A stretch of DNA of 64,000 nt. It comes from an uncultured Methanosarcinaceae archaeon (GTDB taxonomy: Archaea; Halobacteriota; Methanosarcinia; Methanosarcinales; Methanosarcinaceae). The notes under the pieces are model-generated. The model did not search any database. It had not been told where the DNA came from and was given only the letters and a program-made list of their open reading frames with translations. The stretch is from the NCBI GenBank assembly GCA_963833425.1, contig CAWHXP010000003.1:224001-288000 (forward strand), given 5' to 3'. Shown here piece by piece: positions 35,370 through 48,107 of the stretch; the stretch's first letter is position 1, and each line of letters begins with the position of its first letter. The position numbers were made by a program, and so were the translations under genes.

Positions 35370-35424
35370 ATTTGTTTCAGTAGAATACTTAGCAGTGAGA
35401 TGCGGGGTATTTGACTGGAATAAA
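35370..35424. repeat. Dispersed hairpin repeat, copy 2
   Basis: ATTTGTTTCAGTAGAATAC...GTATTTGACTGGAATAAA, homologous to 6893-6946. Confidence 0.65.
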
Positions 35425-35696
35425 CTCCAGTAATTGAAAATGAATCAATGAAAAGCCCCTGAAAAACTAAAACACTTCATCAACTTGCTTCGATATTCAG
35501 TAAAATTTCATCCATTTTTCACGAGTATTACAGAAAAGTAAAGTTGAATATTAATTTTTTTCTCTTATCCAAAAAAAAATCGTGTCAAATACAGAAATTA
35601 GCTAGGAAGATTGGATCAGATGCCATTAAGAAAAAGAATGGATTTCTCTCATTTCCGTCTTTATACCCTTCCAAATACATGCATATGACAAAACTT

Positions 35697-35716
35697 AGAA
35701 GTTATCGAAATCCTCT
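35697..35716. mobile_element. Solo IS5-type terminal repeat
   Basis: TTATCGAAATCCTC is the reverse complement of the TIR at 8673. Confidence 0.5.
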
Positions 35717-38420
35717 ATAATCAAAACAGCTAAAATTTTGCACTTTTAGTAACTTCCTTCATCTATAACCCTTATCAACATAATTATCGAATTGTTCATT
35801 GATAAATAAAGAACATTATTTAAAACTACAATCGTAAATTTTTCCCCATTGTTTTGTATAATACGCTGCATATGAGAATAAGTAGTTCATAGACGATATT
35901 CTCATTCTACCTATGATATAAGGCCAATTTTTGTCACCATAAATAAACTATGAAATCGATGCCAAACTTATAACTTTTGTCAAGTTTTATAAAAGGCTTA
36001 ATTCACTATCAAACATTTAGATGAGTTCCTTTTTTGATAACTCTAAGTCGATTTTTTCAGATTATTATTTGAAGAATTTTCACTAGATATTTTTAAACCT
36101 ATATTTTGTAATTGAGTGTATAAATTACCTCCGGGTAGCCAATATGATAGATCCTTGAAAAAGAGCTTAGAGTCGTCTTTGATCGAATAGAAATTGAAAC
36201 CGTTTTAATAAGTACCGTGCCATCAGGTTTATATCTTCGACTACATTCAAATTACATGAGCCAAAATATTAAATGAAGGACGTTCTATGCATTAACATCA
36301 ATGAAACTAGTTAGGTAGATATATAATTATATTTACTAATATATATATCTTGTTTCATTAAAAGCTTAATAATGCCAAATGAAGTTGATAACATTTGACA
36401 TCATTGATTAAAAGCTAGCGAAATGCTGCTATTGCAATGAGCATTTTCTCGATCATATTATCGATTCTTCCTCTCCAAAAATTATAGAGATGATTACTAC
36501 GATGAACAAATGTTTAAAAATACAATGGTCATATGCATTTCTCACTCATTCCTGTTGACAGGGTCAAACGAGTACTCAAGACTTAACAATAGTTATTAGA
36601 GAGTACTTTGTACTCCTTCATTACGGTTGAATGAGTAAAAAGAAGCGTAAATATCCTAGCAATAACTCCTGCAGATGTATGTATATATAGAATTTTTTGG
36701 CTGATTCCTCCACTGTTACCCATTAGAGTTTATTTGATCATCAAGTTACTGTAATACTGAGAAAAATAAATGCATTCTTGGGTAGATCTAAAGAAAATGG
36801 ATCTAATCATAAACAAGAGTAGCAAAACGCAATATCAACAGCAAAATTTAAACTTCTATTTCCAATTCTGGTCAATAATTTATGATTTTCAACATAGTTG
36901 CATCTATTGTTCCACAAGAGAAAAAATGCATTTTATTTTCATTACCAATCATTTCGAGGATATCCGAACACTTGGTTGGTATCCCATCAACTCAAGAGAA
37001 ATTTTAGCCCTTAAACAAAGTATATTCTATCAATCCATATCTGACGAATACCACGGAAAATTTAAGAGGAAATAGCTCAACGATAGATTATTAGATTATT
37101 TGTACAGCAAATTGCCGTTTTCATCGTATTTTTCAACATGAAAGAAGAATCAAGCCATTAAGATAATCGATAAATGAAACAACAGAATGATATTTATTTT
37201 TGAGATAAAATCCAAGATACTTCTAGAGAAGTATTTTTTCTACAAAAATATTTTGACTTGAGGAATTCTCATGTTTGTTGTTCAGCTACAATAAATTTGT
37301 AGGAAAATAACTTATACTACGCGATACTTTTTAAAAAAATATAATAATCCATGATATTTACATAACTCAAAATGCAACTATGATATCTACTCTATTGTTT
37401 GATAGGGCTAAAAAGTAGATATGCGTTTGAAATCATCGAGTAAAAGTTAATTATAGTACTGGATTAAGATCGAACCAAAAAGGATGGCTACACATAAAGA
37501 GCACTCTTCGCTTTCTGGACTACAACAAAAAAAATTAAAACTAGGCTCAATTCCCCAATTTCCTTGATTTAGAAAAACCCTCCGTACTTACATCGAAAAG
37601 ATTAAGATACAAAAGTAGCCCCCCAAATTAAGCTTAATATCACTCATTTAGGCCCTATAAAAAGTATTACATAGTCTCATCCAAATTTCTCGTTTGCTCT
37701 TATAATCTCACTGGTCCATAAATGTAACACAATCGATCCCAGTCTCAAGGATTTTCTAATAAAGGCTTTCTGAGTGTTTATTCCTTACAAAAAGCACATC
37801 AAAGAAACATTTAGTATGAAACAGCAGTAATGAATTTAAGACAAGTACAAATTAACTCACTTTCAAATACCTGTCATCTAGCCCCAAACTTGTCCATAGC
37901 TCTACCACCTTCTCCAGAGTTATTAGCTTCTCTCACAATTCATTGGCTCTTTTTATAATTAGAAAACCCAATGATTTTTATTTTTTGATTAATTGGTTTT
38001 GTTCTCAAAGCGTTGCATAAAATGCCAGTGTTGATTTTTTTGGTAAAATCATAAATCTCAATAAGTTATATAAGAAAGAAAGTCAAAATATTAAGGATCT
38101 AATCACATAAAGCATGGAAAAATTTAGCTTTTGGATTTTACAGTAAATTTGCTGCACTGACCATAAAGTGCATCGATTATAAAAAAAGTCATATTCCCAA
38201 TTATTCTAGAAACATATTCTCTGGTTATAAGTAAAGCGCTAGTTACTTGTGGCGTTTTATAATTCCAAATATTTTGTTTTAATCAAATATATATCCAATA
38301 AAAAATAAAAAAATTTTTATGTTCAAACTGGAGATTAAATGCCAAATTCAAAGTTTAGTACTTTTCTTAGCGGTATAATCTCCAAGAAAGAATTTTAGAG
38401 AATACATTACTCTAAGCAAA

Positions 38421-38828
38421 TCAGGCAGAAGCTTCTTTATTTAGGATATAAGCAACCATTTCAGGATCCAGCTTACTTTCTCTTGAAACCTGTGCTCCAA
38501 TGTCCTCAGCAGATTTACCTTCTACTTTCATTTCTCTTATTTTTTCAATCACTGACGAAGGAATGCTATAATATTCATTTAAATCCTTCCTGTGACCCCA
38601 AACATCTCCTTCGATAAGCTCTATTCTCTGCATTTCAAGGAACATTTCGACGGATTTTGAGACCGTGCCCATGTAAGATTTAGGTAATTGAACTACCTCT
38701 ATCTTTGGACAAGTTTCAACTAATCCAAAGATATCCTTATTCGAAGGCCTGAAAGCCAGATGAACAACACGCTCATTAGGATTTAGTGCAAAGATTTCCT
38801 CTCTTGAACTAACTACTCGAATTTTCAT
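38421..38828 (-). CDS. DUF1699 family protein
   Basis: MKIRVVSSREEI..HLAFRPSNKD..GDVWGHRKD. Confidence 0.92.
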   Translation of the reverse strand: MKIRVVSSREEIFALNPNERVVHLAFRPSNKDIFGLVETCPKIEVVQLPKSYMGTVSKSVEMFLEMQRIELIEGDVWGHRKDLNEYYSIPSSVIEKIREMKVEGKSAEDIGAQVSRESKLDPEMVAYILNKEASA

Positions 38829-40631
38829 TTTTTATTTTCCCCCACTGAAAAATTCTATTACATTTCTACTTTAATATAACTACGCTATACTTACTATAAA
38901 TATTTATCTAATTAAACTAACATTATTTATATAGTATTCTAGATTTATTACCCTTGACCTAGCCAATAAAATTACTTTGAAACCTTAAAAGATAAAAAAT
39001 TGCTTTTCATAATTTATTTTGTTAGGTCTCTAAAATTTTTCTACTATTTCCTGGATTAATTTTTTTTCGAATTAATGATTAATTATTCTTACACCAGCCA
39101 TTGGAACTCTCGCAACTTTGAGCCGGAATTTTACTCGAATTTCACCATCTATCCAAGTAGCCCACTTCCTGTAGAAGTTCAAAAAAATATCACATATTAT
39201 CCTAATACGCTAGTAATTTGAAATTCATTTCATCTTTGGTAAATAAATAGCTGCCAAAATCAAATAAACTATGAATATATGTACGTCTATAAATGTGATA
39301 AAAAGATAATTATGAGATAAAAAATCCACCGTTTTGCAAAATAAGATAATCAGGTTTATTTTACCATTATTGTAGGATATCCCATCTTATTTGGGTTTTC
39401 AATCACAATATTTCACAAACTGGCTCAAATACTCATTAAGATCTTACCCAATTTCAACGATTTTTACAGAAAAGAAATCTTGAAAATTGATTTTTTTTTA
39501 TTTCACAATATTTTTCTCAACTTCGAATAGATAGAAGAATAAACAAAACATCCCATTGAAATTGCTCTGAAAAACATCTAATCAGCTTGTTTTGGATGGA
39601 AAAACGGTGAAATAATCAATTTAGTACGCTGTTTCTACTGATTGTATCGAATCACTTTATTTAGAATTTGAAAAGCTTTCCTGAGTAGTTCTATAGATCA
39701 GTTTAAAATATCGACATGAAAGTCGTGCTTGGAAATGGTTTTTGTGTCTGTTGTCGCTTACAAAGTATGTCCACTACAATGTGATCTAGAATTTTGCATT
39801 AAAAAAGAAATTTCGTTCACCAGTAAAGTACTTATGGGTTATTTACTGGATCGACACATATAACATACTTCCTTGTCAGTCGATCTTTTTCCTCAGTTTA
39901 GAACCAAAGTAAAAGAATTAGAGATCTGATCTTAGGAAGTACATTGAAAGGATTACCAATTTTATACATCATGACTATCCCTAATTAAATGATTAATATT
40001 CACAATTAAGTTTCCCGTGTAAAAGTTTGCTTTTTTCATTTACTAGATAAATTTACTTTAAATGACGTCACTGAAATGCAGGACAAAAAAACCGAAATAT
40101 AGAAAGATAATTGCATTTTATAAATCAAAATTTTTTGGTAGTACCCTGCTGTAAGCAACGGAGTGAGACAAAGCAACTTTGATGATCTAAAATCACTTTT
40201 GCGATATTTTTCTGATTAGTAGAAATTGTTAAGAACTGACGAAATTCTGAACTGCTGCTTTAAAAAAATTGTTTTTATAAAAGAGCTACGTCAAAAAGCA
40301 TTTTGCGAGGAGACTAAAAACTACCACCATTCAAGCATTGAACTACTTGATAGAAATTTACTTGGTTAAAATTCCAGAAATAAGTGAACACGATATTTTA
40401 CCACTTCCATATCAGAAATTTTGCAACCTTGCTCATTTCAAATAGTGATAAAGATATTACATTAAAGTACCAAAAATAAACTCGTTTCACGAAAAATAGA
40501 TGATAAAGGGTTAAACAAAAAAAGGCAATTTTTCGCTTCGTCCTTGACCTAAAAACTGAGGACTGGTGGCCCTTCATACTCCTAAAGTAATAAAGAAGGA
40601 AGTTCCTCAAAAAACTTTAAAATAACCTCGT

Positions 40632-42062
40632 TTAGGAACTCTTAGGTTTATTAAAATAATCCAGACGTGTCTGTTTTTTTCTGCAATTTTCTCCTGGAAT
40701 TTCCACCGGATACTCACCTGTGAGACAGCCTATACACATGTCGTTTTTATTGCATTCTAAAGCTCTCATGAGTCCATCAATACTTAGGTACCCAAGAGAA
40801 TCAGCATTAATAATATTTTCGACTTCTTTTATGGTCTTGTGAGAGGCTATGAGTTCCTGCCTGGTAGCCATATCTATCCCTAGATAGCAAGGAGCAACAA
40901 TTGCAGGACTCCCAACCCTTGCATGAATTTCTAAAGCGCCTGCACTTCGTACCATATCTATAATTCGCCTTGAGGTTGTACCCCGGACAATGCTATCGTC
41001 AACCAGAACCACACGTTTCCCTTTGATGTTATCCTGAATGGCATTCATCTTAAGTCTGACTGCGGTCTCACGCAATTCCTGACCAGGTAGAATAAAAGTC
41101 CGCCCTATGTAACGGTTCTTCATCAGACCTTCGAGATATTTTATGCCTGATTCCCGGGCATAACCGATTGCTGAGGTAATCCCGGAGTCAGGGACAGGAG
41201 ATACAATATCAGCCTCAACCTGGTGCTCCCTTGCGAGTTCCCTTCCAATATTTTCCCGAACCTTATAGACAAGTTTTCCGTCAATTACTGAATCGGGCCT
41301 TGCAAAGTAGATAAATTCAAAAACACAATTTGCGGGATGAGGTTCAGTTACTATCTGGTGACTCTCAAAGCCATTGCCCTTGAAGACGATTACCTCCCCT
41401 GGTCGGACATCCCTGACAAGGGCGCTGTTCAAAGTATCAAGAGCTACACTTTCAGAAACAATTGCATATCCATCATCGATTTTCCCGAAACATAGAGGTT
41501 TGAAGCCAAAAGGATCCCTGACAGCATACAAAGAGCCGTTGATATATATAACCAGGGAATAAGAGCCAACAAGCTTGCGCATCACATTCCTTATTGATTC
41601 CACAGGCTCGTGTCTTATCAACTCTTTTACAAGAAGGTGACCAAATACCTCAGTATCGGAATCACTGACAAAAATGCGACCTTCGCACTCCAGCTCGTCC
41701 TTGAGTGCTTTGGCATTAACCAAATTTCCGTTATGAGCAATTGCAACTGTTCCACCCTTGAAATTCAAAACAAAGGGTTGACAGTTTTCTAACTTGGATC
41801 CACCAGTAGTCGAATAGCGTACATGCCCCACCCCTAAATTTCCAATCAAGCGTCCTAGGGAATCCTTAGTGTATACATCAGGCACAAGTCCCATGCCTTT
41901 TATAGACTTAGTAGAAATGCCATCATTTACAACTATACCAGTAGATTCCTGGCCTCTGTGCTGGAGGGCATAAAGAGCGTAATAAAGCTTGAATGCTACA
42001 TTATTGGATTGTGGCCTATCGTGGGGGAGAATTATGCCTGCAACACCACATTCTTCTCTCAA
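40632..42062 (-). CDS. purF: Amidophosphoribosyltransferase
   Basis: ECGV N-terminal nucleophile, LQHRGQES, GHVRYST, VDDSIVRGTT. Confidence 0.98.
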   Translation of the reverse strand: MREECGVAGIILPHDRPQSNNVAFKLYYALYALQHRGQESTGIVVNDGISTKSIKGMGLVPDVYTKDSLGRLIGNLGVGHVRYSTTGGSKLENCQPFVLNFKGGTVAIAHNGNLVNAKALKDELECEGRIFVSDSDTEVFGHLLVKELIRHEPVESIRNVMRKLVGSYSLVIYINGSLYAVRDPFGFKPLCFGKIDDGYAIVSESVALDTLNSALVRDVRPGEVIVFKGNGFESHQIVTEPHPANCVFEFIYFARPDSVIDGKLVYKVRENIGRELAREHQVEADIVSPVPDSGITSAIGYARESGIKYLEGLMKNRYIGRTFILPGQELRETAVRLKMNAIQDNIKGKRVVLVDDSIVRGTTSRRIIDMVRSAGALEIHARVGSPAIVAPCYLGIDMATRQELIASHKTIKEVENIINADSLGYLSIDGLMRALECNKNDMCIGCLTGEYPVEIPGENCRKKQTRLDYFNKPKSS

Positions 42063-42110
42063 TTTTGACCTCCGGTGCAGGTAATCACATAAAAAGTGAA
42101 ACAGACAGAC

Positions 42111-42293
<183 letters not shown>

Positions 42294-42431
42294 TTATAGA
42301 ATTCAATTATATCAGAGCAATATTTGAAAATCCGGAGCAATTTGTTTATCCTGAATTTTTTCTATGTGTCAGTAACAATAATTCCTGTTGCTTACCTTAA
42401 GTTTAAAAATCGATGGAGTTTTAGGTATAGA

Positions 42432-42671
<240 letters not shown>

Positions 42672-42847
42672 TTACAAATCAAGTCATCAGTTATATGATA
42701 TAAATAATTAATCTACATTTAAACTGATCGCCGTGTTTAAATTTGGGATTATTTAAACCAAAGTCGCAAATACAATATATAAAGTTATCGAAGAAATATA
42801 TCACTTTTTTAATTCATAATGTGAAAGAATGTATAAGAGATGGATAT

Positions 42848-44191
42848 ATGACAGAAAAGCAATTACTAACAAACAACACGATTGTTCTAACTATTGCAGG
42901 TTCTGATTCAGGGGGTGGTGCAGGAGTTGCTGCTGATTTGAAAACTTTTGCTGCCCTGGGAGTGCATGGGACCTGTGCCATTACATCGGTTACTGCTCAA
43001 AATACCACAGGTGTCTTAGAAACCTTCGATTTACCTCCTGCAGCTGTTACCAGTCAAATAGAAGCTGTATGTATGGATATGGAGATCAAATGGGTAAAGA
43101 CAGGAATGCTTGCCTCGCCTCCAATAATAAGAGAAGTTGCAAAAGAGGTCAAGAAACATGAACTTTACCTCGTACTGGACCCTGTAATAGCTGCAGAAGC
43201 TGGTGGGAATTTGCTGAGAGAAGAGTCTCTTCCTGTCCTTATCGAAGAACTGTTACCCCTCTGCAAAGTTATAACTCCCAATGCCATGGAAGCAGGTTCA
43301 CTTGCAGGGATTTCTGTCAAAAACCCGGAAGATGCGAAGATCGCAGCCAAGAGAATAGCAGATCTCGGCGTCGAAGCTGTTATTGTTACAGGAGGCCACC
43401 TTGATGCCACTGACCTACTGTATGAAACCTATCATGATACATTTACCAGTATACCCGGAACTTTTGTCAGCGGGGGAACCCATGGATCTGGCTGTACTTA
43501 TTCTGCAGCAATGACTTCCTTTTTAGCATTTGGGAAAAGCATTGAGGAAGCTGCAAAAGAATCAAAAAAATTTGTAATGCATGCAATCATGAAGAGCAGG
43601 CCTACAGGCAGAGGAGTGAATCCAGTAAACCCTTTAGGAACAACCCTAGAGAAAAAAGAGCGTTATTTGGTTCTAAGAAATTTAAAAGAAGCGGTTTTAA
43701 TTCTTGAGAAAAGCACTTATTTCCAAAAATTTATTCCAGAAGTTGGCTGTAATATAGGAATGGCGATTCCTGACGCACATAACTTGGAGGAAGTTGCGGC
43801 AGTTGAGGGCAAAATCGTGAAATACAGAGAACGTGCTGTTTCTGTAGGCTGTGTAGAATTTGGAGCTGGAAGACGTGTTTCAAGGATCATCCTTTCTGCT
43901 CTTCGTTACAACCCTAAAATAAGAGCCGCAATAAATATAAGATATTCGGAAAGAAACCTTTCTCTTTGTAGAGAAGCCGGACTCAGTTTATCTCCCTTCG
44001 ACAGAGACAAAGAACTGGAAAATTACACTACTATGCATTGTGATACAGCCGAGATGGTTAAAACACAAAGAAGCATGTTGAAAGTAATCTATGATACGGG
44101 AGATTTTGGAAAAGAGCCCATGATACACCTACTTGGTACAAGTGCTATTGAAATAGCAAAGTTCGTTGTGAAACTCGCAGAAAATTTATAG
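42848..44191 (+). CDS. thiD: HMP/HMP-P kinase ThiD fused to a ThiN-type domain
   Basis: [24 protein letters not shown]-terminal IPEVGCN and GKEPM. Confidence 0.93.
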   Translation: MTEKQLLTNNTIVLTIAGSDSGGGAGVAADLKTFAALGVHGTCAITSVTAQNTTGVLETFDLPPAAVTSQIEAVCMDMEIKWVKTGMLASPPIIREVAKEVKKHELYLVLDPVIAAEAGGNLLREESLPVLIEELLPLCKVITPNAMEAGSLAGISVKNPEDAKIAAKRIADLGVEAVIVTGGHLDATDLLYETYHDTFTSIPGTFVSGGTHGSGCTYSAAMTSFLAFGKSIEEAAKESKKFVMHAIMKSRPTGRGVNPVNPLGTTLEKKERYLVLRNLKEAVLILEKSTYFQKFIPEVGCNIGMAIPDAHNLEEVAAVEGKIVKYRERAVSVGCVEFGAGRRVSRIILSALRYNPKIRAAINIRYSERNLSLCREAGLSLSPFDRDKELENYTTMHCDTAEMVKTQRSMLKVIYDTGDFGKEPMIHLLGTSAIEIAKFVVKLAENL

Positions 44192-44539
44192 TAAAGAATA
44201 GACAAACTTTTACTTAAAATATTAAATGTTTGTTTTCAGAGTTGATGGTTAAATTCTGATAACTTCTCCTTTTGTTCCTAGATTCTGACCGCCATTTTAG
44301 TAATTGTACCTCATAATAAACAGAATTCCCTAAAATAATTGTTTACTCGAGAGGTACATAAAAAACACGTCACCAAGTCCATCCCCTGCATTCCACGAGT
44401 CTCAGATTCCAACAAATTTTGATCAATGAGAGAGATTTTTCGATATACCAACTGCAGCATTAATGTATAATCAAGCTTTGTCGTGAATCAGTACATTTCT
44501 ATTTTCCATTTTTTAGTGTTAGATCAGAGTTATGGTATC

Positions 44540-45345
44540 CATATCACAAAAGGTCAACTTTCCTGGTACTGTGAAAATGGAATTCCATGAAAATAGAACT
44601 TATGAAACAGCAAAAAATAGTAAAACCAGCCGCTGAAACTTTCCTCCCCGAAATCAAGAGAAGATAAATATTCCGAAAGAAAAGCATGAATAGTGACCAG
44701 TTTCAACGCTTAAGCTACAGTTAGTGCGCTTGGTGGAAGGCCTGAACATCTCATTGAGGCAACAAAAGACTGGATAGTTGGGAGAGTGCGCACGTTGTCG
44801 GTTGCAATAATGTAAAATAAAGCATAATATAGGCATGCTAACCTTGTTAATTGTTAAAGAACTAATAGCAAACAACTTGCTTGTGATCACAAGTATCTGT
44901 ATCGCAATTGCCTGTGCAGAAGCCGAGCTTCTTATTTTGAAAGCCTCCGAACTTGCCAGTGACGGGCTAAAAGTGGTATTGAGATGTGTGGTACACCTCC
45001 AGTATTGCATATGTACTCCTGCATTGACGTCAGTCGCATCCTGTTACTCTCATCAATCCTGCAGGGCCTACTGGACTTGATATAAGCAATCCTTCAGAAG
45101 CAAGAACGGCTTTTAATGAATAAGTGAAAAAGCAGTCAGTATCGTGGCTTATGTAATCGCCTATGGAGTCCTCGTTGTTTCTTGGCACTAGTCTGCCTGT
45201 TCTTTGAAGCCAGGAGTTAGAGCCCTTCTAACAAGAAGCTTAAACAATGATATTGGAGCAAGCTTTCTGGTTGAGCCTGATCCATTAAAGCCGCATACTG
45301 ATGCTTGAGCATATTAAGTGAAATAGAAGAGCATTGGGCTTGAAC
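44540..45345 (+). pseudogene. cooS: Anaerobic CO dehydrogenase catalytic subunit, C-terminal remnant
   Basis: VVGCNNVK, KELIANNLLV, PPVLHMYSCIDVSRI, SEKAVSI and FLVEPDP recovered across frameshifts. Confidence 0.85.
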
Positions 45346-45549
45346 TCAGTCAGGTGATTCGTGATGAGCGATTTAATGATCCTGCCAGAAAGCTCCTAGG
45401 ATGCCGCTCTGAGATATAGCCTGAGCTGTTGCCTATTCAATGAGTAAAAGCTATTTTCAGCTTTAGAAGATCATCCGCCCCCAAAATGAAAAACGCTTAA
45501 ATACATCGAAGTCCGATTTTGTGCAGAACCGATATGATGGAGAATATCT

Positions 45550-46848
45550 ATGGAACAGACCAAGATCATCCTTGACGAAAATGAAATTCCTAAAAAGTGG
45601 TATAACGTTCTTTCTGACTTACCTTCTCCTATTGATCCGCCTCTTGATCCCCAGATCAGGGAATCTATAAATCCCGGAGATCTTGAGCCTATTTTTCCAA
45701 AAGCTATTATTAAACAGGAGATGAGTGATGAAAGATATATTGATATCCCTGAAGAGATTCTCGAGATATATAAGCTCTGGAGACCCAGCCCTTTATATAG
45801 AGCATACAGGCTGGAAAAGTTTCTCAAAACACCTGCAAAGATATATTACAAATACGAAGGTGCAAGTCCGGCAGGCAGTCATAAGACTAATACTTCAATT
45901 GCGCAGGCCTACTATAATATGAAAGAAGGAACTGAGAGGATTACAACAGAAACCGGGGCAGGGCAATGGGGAAGTGCACTTTCTCTTGGATGTAACTATT
46001 TCGATCTCGAATGTAAAATATATATGGTCCGTTCCAGCTATTACCAGAAACCCTACAGAAAATCTCTTATGAATGTATGGGGAGCAAATGTTGTTCCCTC
46101 ACCTAGTAAGGATACGAAATTCGGGAGAAAAATACTTGAAGAGCAGCCAAACACGCCAGGAAGTTTGGGAATAGCAATCAGTGAAGCTGTCGAGGATGCA
46201 GTAGACCATGATAATACCAAGTACTCTTTAGGAAGTGTTCTTAACCATGTCTTGCTCCACCAGACTATAATTGGAGCTGAAAGCAAAAAACAGCTTGAAA
46301 AGGTTGAAACCTACCCTGATATCATTATAGGCTGTTGCGGGGGAGGAAGCAATCTTGGAGGCATTTCCTTTGAATTCATTAAGGACAGAATTAAGGGAAA
46401 AAGAAACGCTAGAGTAATCGCAGTCGAACCTTCGGCATGCCCAACTCTGACAGAAGGAGAATACAGGTACGACTTTGGAGATACTGCCGAAATGACCCCA
46501 CTTCTAAAAATGTACACTTTAGGCCATAAGCATGTGCCCCCTGCAATCCATGCAGGCGGGCTTCGCTATCATGGAGCCTCTCCGATTATCAGCAAACTCT
46601 GTGCTGAAGGACTTATTGAAGCTGTTTCATACAATCAATATCCTGTATTCGATGCAGCCGTCCAGTTTGCTCGAACTGAAGGCATAGTCCCCGCTCCGGA
46701 ATCATCCCATGCTATCCGTTGTGCAATCGATGAAGCCCTCAAGTGCAATCAGAAAGGAGAAGAAAAAACAATTCTTTTTAACCTTAGTGGTCATGGTTAT
46801 TTTGACATGAGTTCTTACGATATGTATTTCAACAAAGAACTTGTCTGA
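45550..46848 (+). CDS. trpB2: Tryptophan synthase beta chain 2 (TrpB2)
   Basis: SPAGSHK PLP lysine, [28 protein letters not shown]. Confidence 0.96.
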   Translation: MEQTKIILDENEIPKKWYNVLSDLPSPIDPPLDPQIRESINPGDLEPIFPKAIIKQEMSDERYIDIPEEILEIYKLWRPSPLYRAYRLEKFLKTPAKIYYKYEGASPAGSHKTNTSIAQAYYNMKEGTERITTETGAGQWGSALSLGCNYFDLECKIYMVRSSYYQKPYRKSLMNVWGANVVPSPSKDTKFGRKILEEQPNTPGSLGIAISEAVEDAVDHDNTKYSLGSVLNHVLLHQTIIGAESKKQLEKVETYPDIIIGCCGGGSNLGGISFEFIKDRIKGKRNARVIAVEPSACPTLTEGEYRYDFGDTAEMTPLLKMYTLGHKHVPPAIHAGGLRYHGASPIISKLCAEGLIEAVSYNQYPVFDAAVQFARTEGIVPAPESSHAIRCAIDEALKCNQKGEEKTILFNLSGHGYFDMSSYDMYFNKELV

Positions 46849-47066
46849 AATAACCTAAAAAAGTAAGATCAGAAAGGTAATGATAAAACTAAATGTGAGA
46901 TGCCTTAAGGCATCCACTACTTAATATATTCAAAAGTTTCTCAACACTTCCCTAGAGAAAGGATTGAATTTTAATTTGCGCATTTGACTCAGAAGAATAT
47001 TTATCTATATTTTTGTTAAACAACTTCAATAGTCTGTTTACCCCATAATTCCTTATTTTCCTAATA

Positions 47067-47921
47067 GGTTCCGTTGCAAAAACTTCGGAATAAGCATGTA
47101 AATCTATAAGTTATAAATAAAAGTTAAAAGATCCGAGGGAAATATACCAACATTATAAAATTATACTAAACAATTGATCAATATATTCGACTTCATTAAG
47201 AACAGAGTAATTTAGATTATTGACTTGTCTTTTTTTAACCATTTCATAGCTTCAATTCCTTTTAAAGTCTTACTAGCAGAGCGAAAAGACTGAAAGCCTA
47301 ACATTGAATTAACTATCCGCTTTATAGACCTATGATCTTGTTCTATAATGTTATTCAAATACTTTACTTTCTAATTTCAACCCTTTTAGACAACTTTTTT
47401 TCGTTTTTCAGTTCATTTATGGCAATAGGATAAGCTGGATTCTTATCAACTGTTATTATTCTTGGAATTTGATTGTGATTTGAACTCAAAGCTTTCTTAA
47501 GGAATCCCTTTGCTGCTTTTCTATTTCGTTTTGAACTTAACATGAAATCAATTGTGTCTCCATCCGAGTCAACTGCTCTGTAAAGATATTTCCATTTACC
47601 TTTTACTTTTATATAAGTTTCATCAACTTTCCATGAATCATTAGTCGGTCTTAAATGTCTACGTATCTTCTTTTCTATCTCAGGAGAATATTGATGTACC
47701 CATCCCATTATAGTACTGTGATCAACTTGAATTCCTCTTTCTATCATCATTTCCTTTAAATTTCTATAGCTCAATGGATATTTTAAGTACTATCTTACAT
47801 TAATAGGATAATTTCTCCTTCTTAATGCTCTCCCATTTAAAGAAATTAGATAGCATATTACTATCTTTGGTTTTCTTTTATTCTATTGTTATACTTAGAA
47901 AAGATTTTTTTCAACGGAACC
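47067..47921 (-). mobile_element. IS6-family element, transposase pseudogene
   Basis: TIRs GGTTCCGTTGCAAAA / TTTTTCAACGGAACC; WKVDETYIKVKGKWKYLYRAVD; in-frame TAG near the 5' end and a frameshift near 47364. Confidence 0.92.
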
Positions 47922-48107
47922 AAATAAACCTAATTAAAGAAAAAAGGACTGAAGGGGTACTTGAGGAAGATAACCTCATGTACTTTCATGCTAAATATAA
48001 TCAAAATAACTCAAGTAACATGAATTCGAAAAAATAAAAATAAGGGTTGCTCATAATTCACAGTCATTATTATTTGATCAGAACATAAATTTCAAGAGGT
48101 TTTTTAA

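Noticed and set aside
35720..40600. Long AT-rich tracts flanking DUF1699 as ncRNA or origin
   Set aside because: No tRNA/rRNA structure, ORB-like repeats or cdc6 seen; best explained as eroded DNA.
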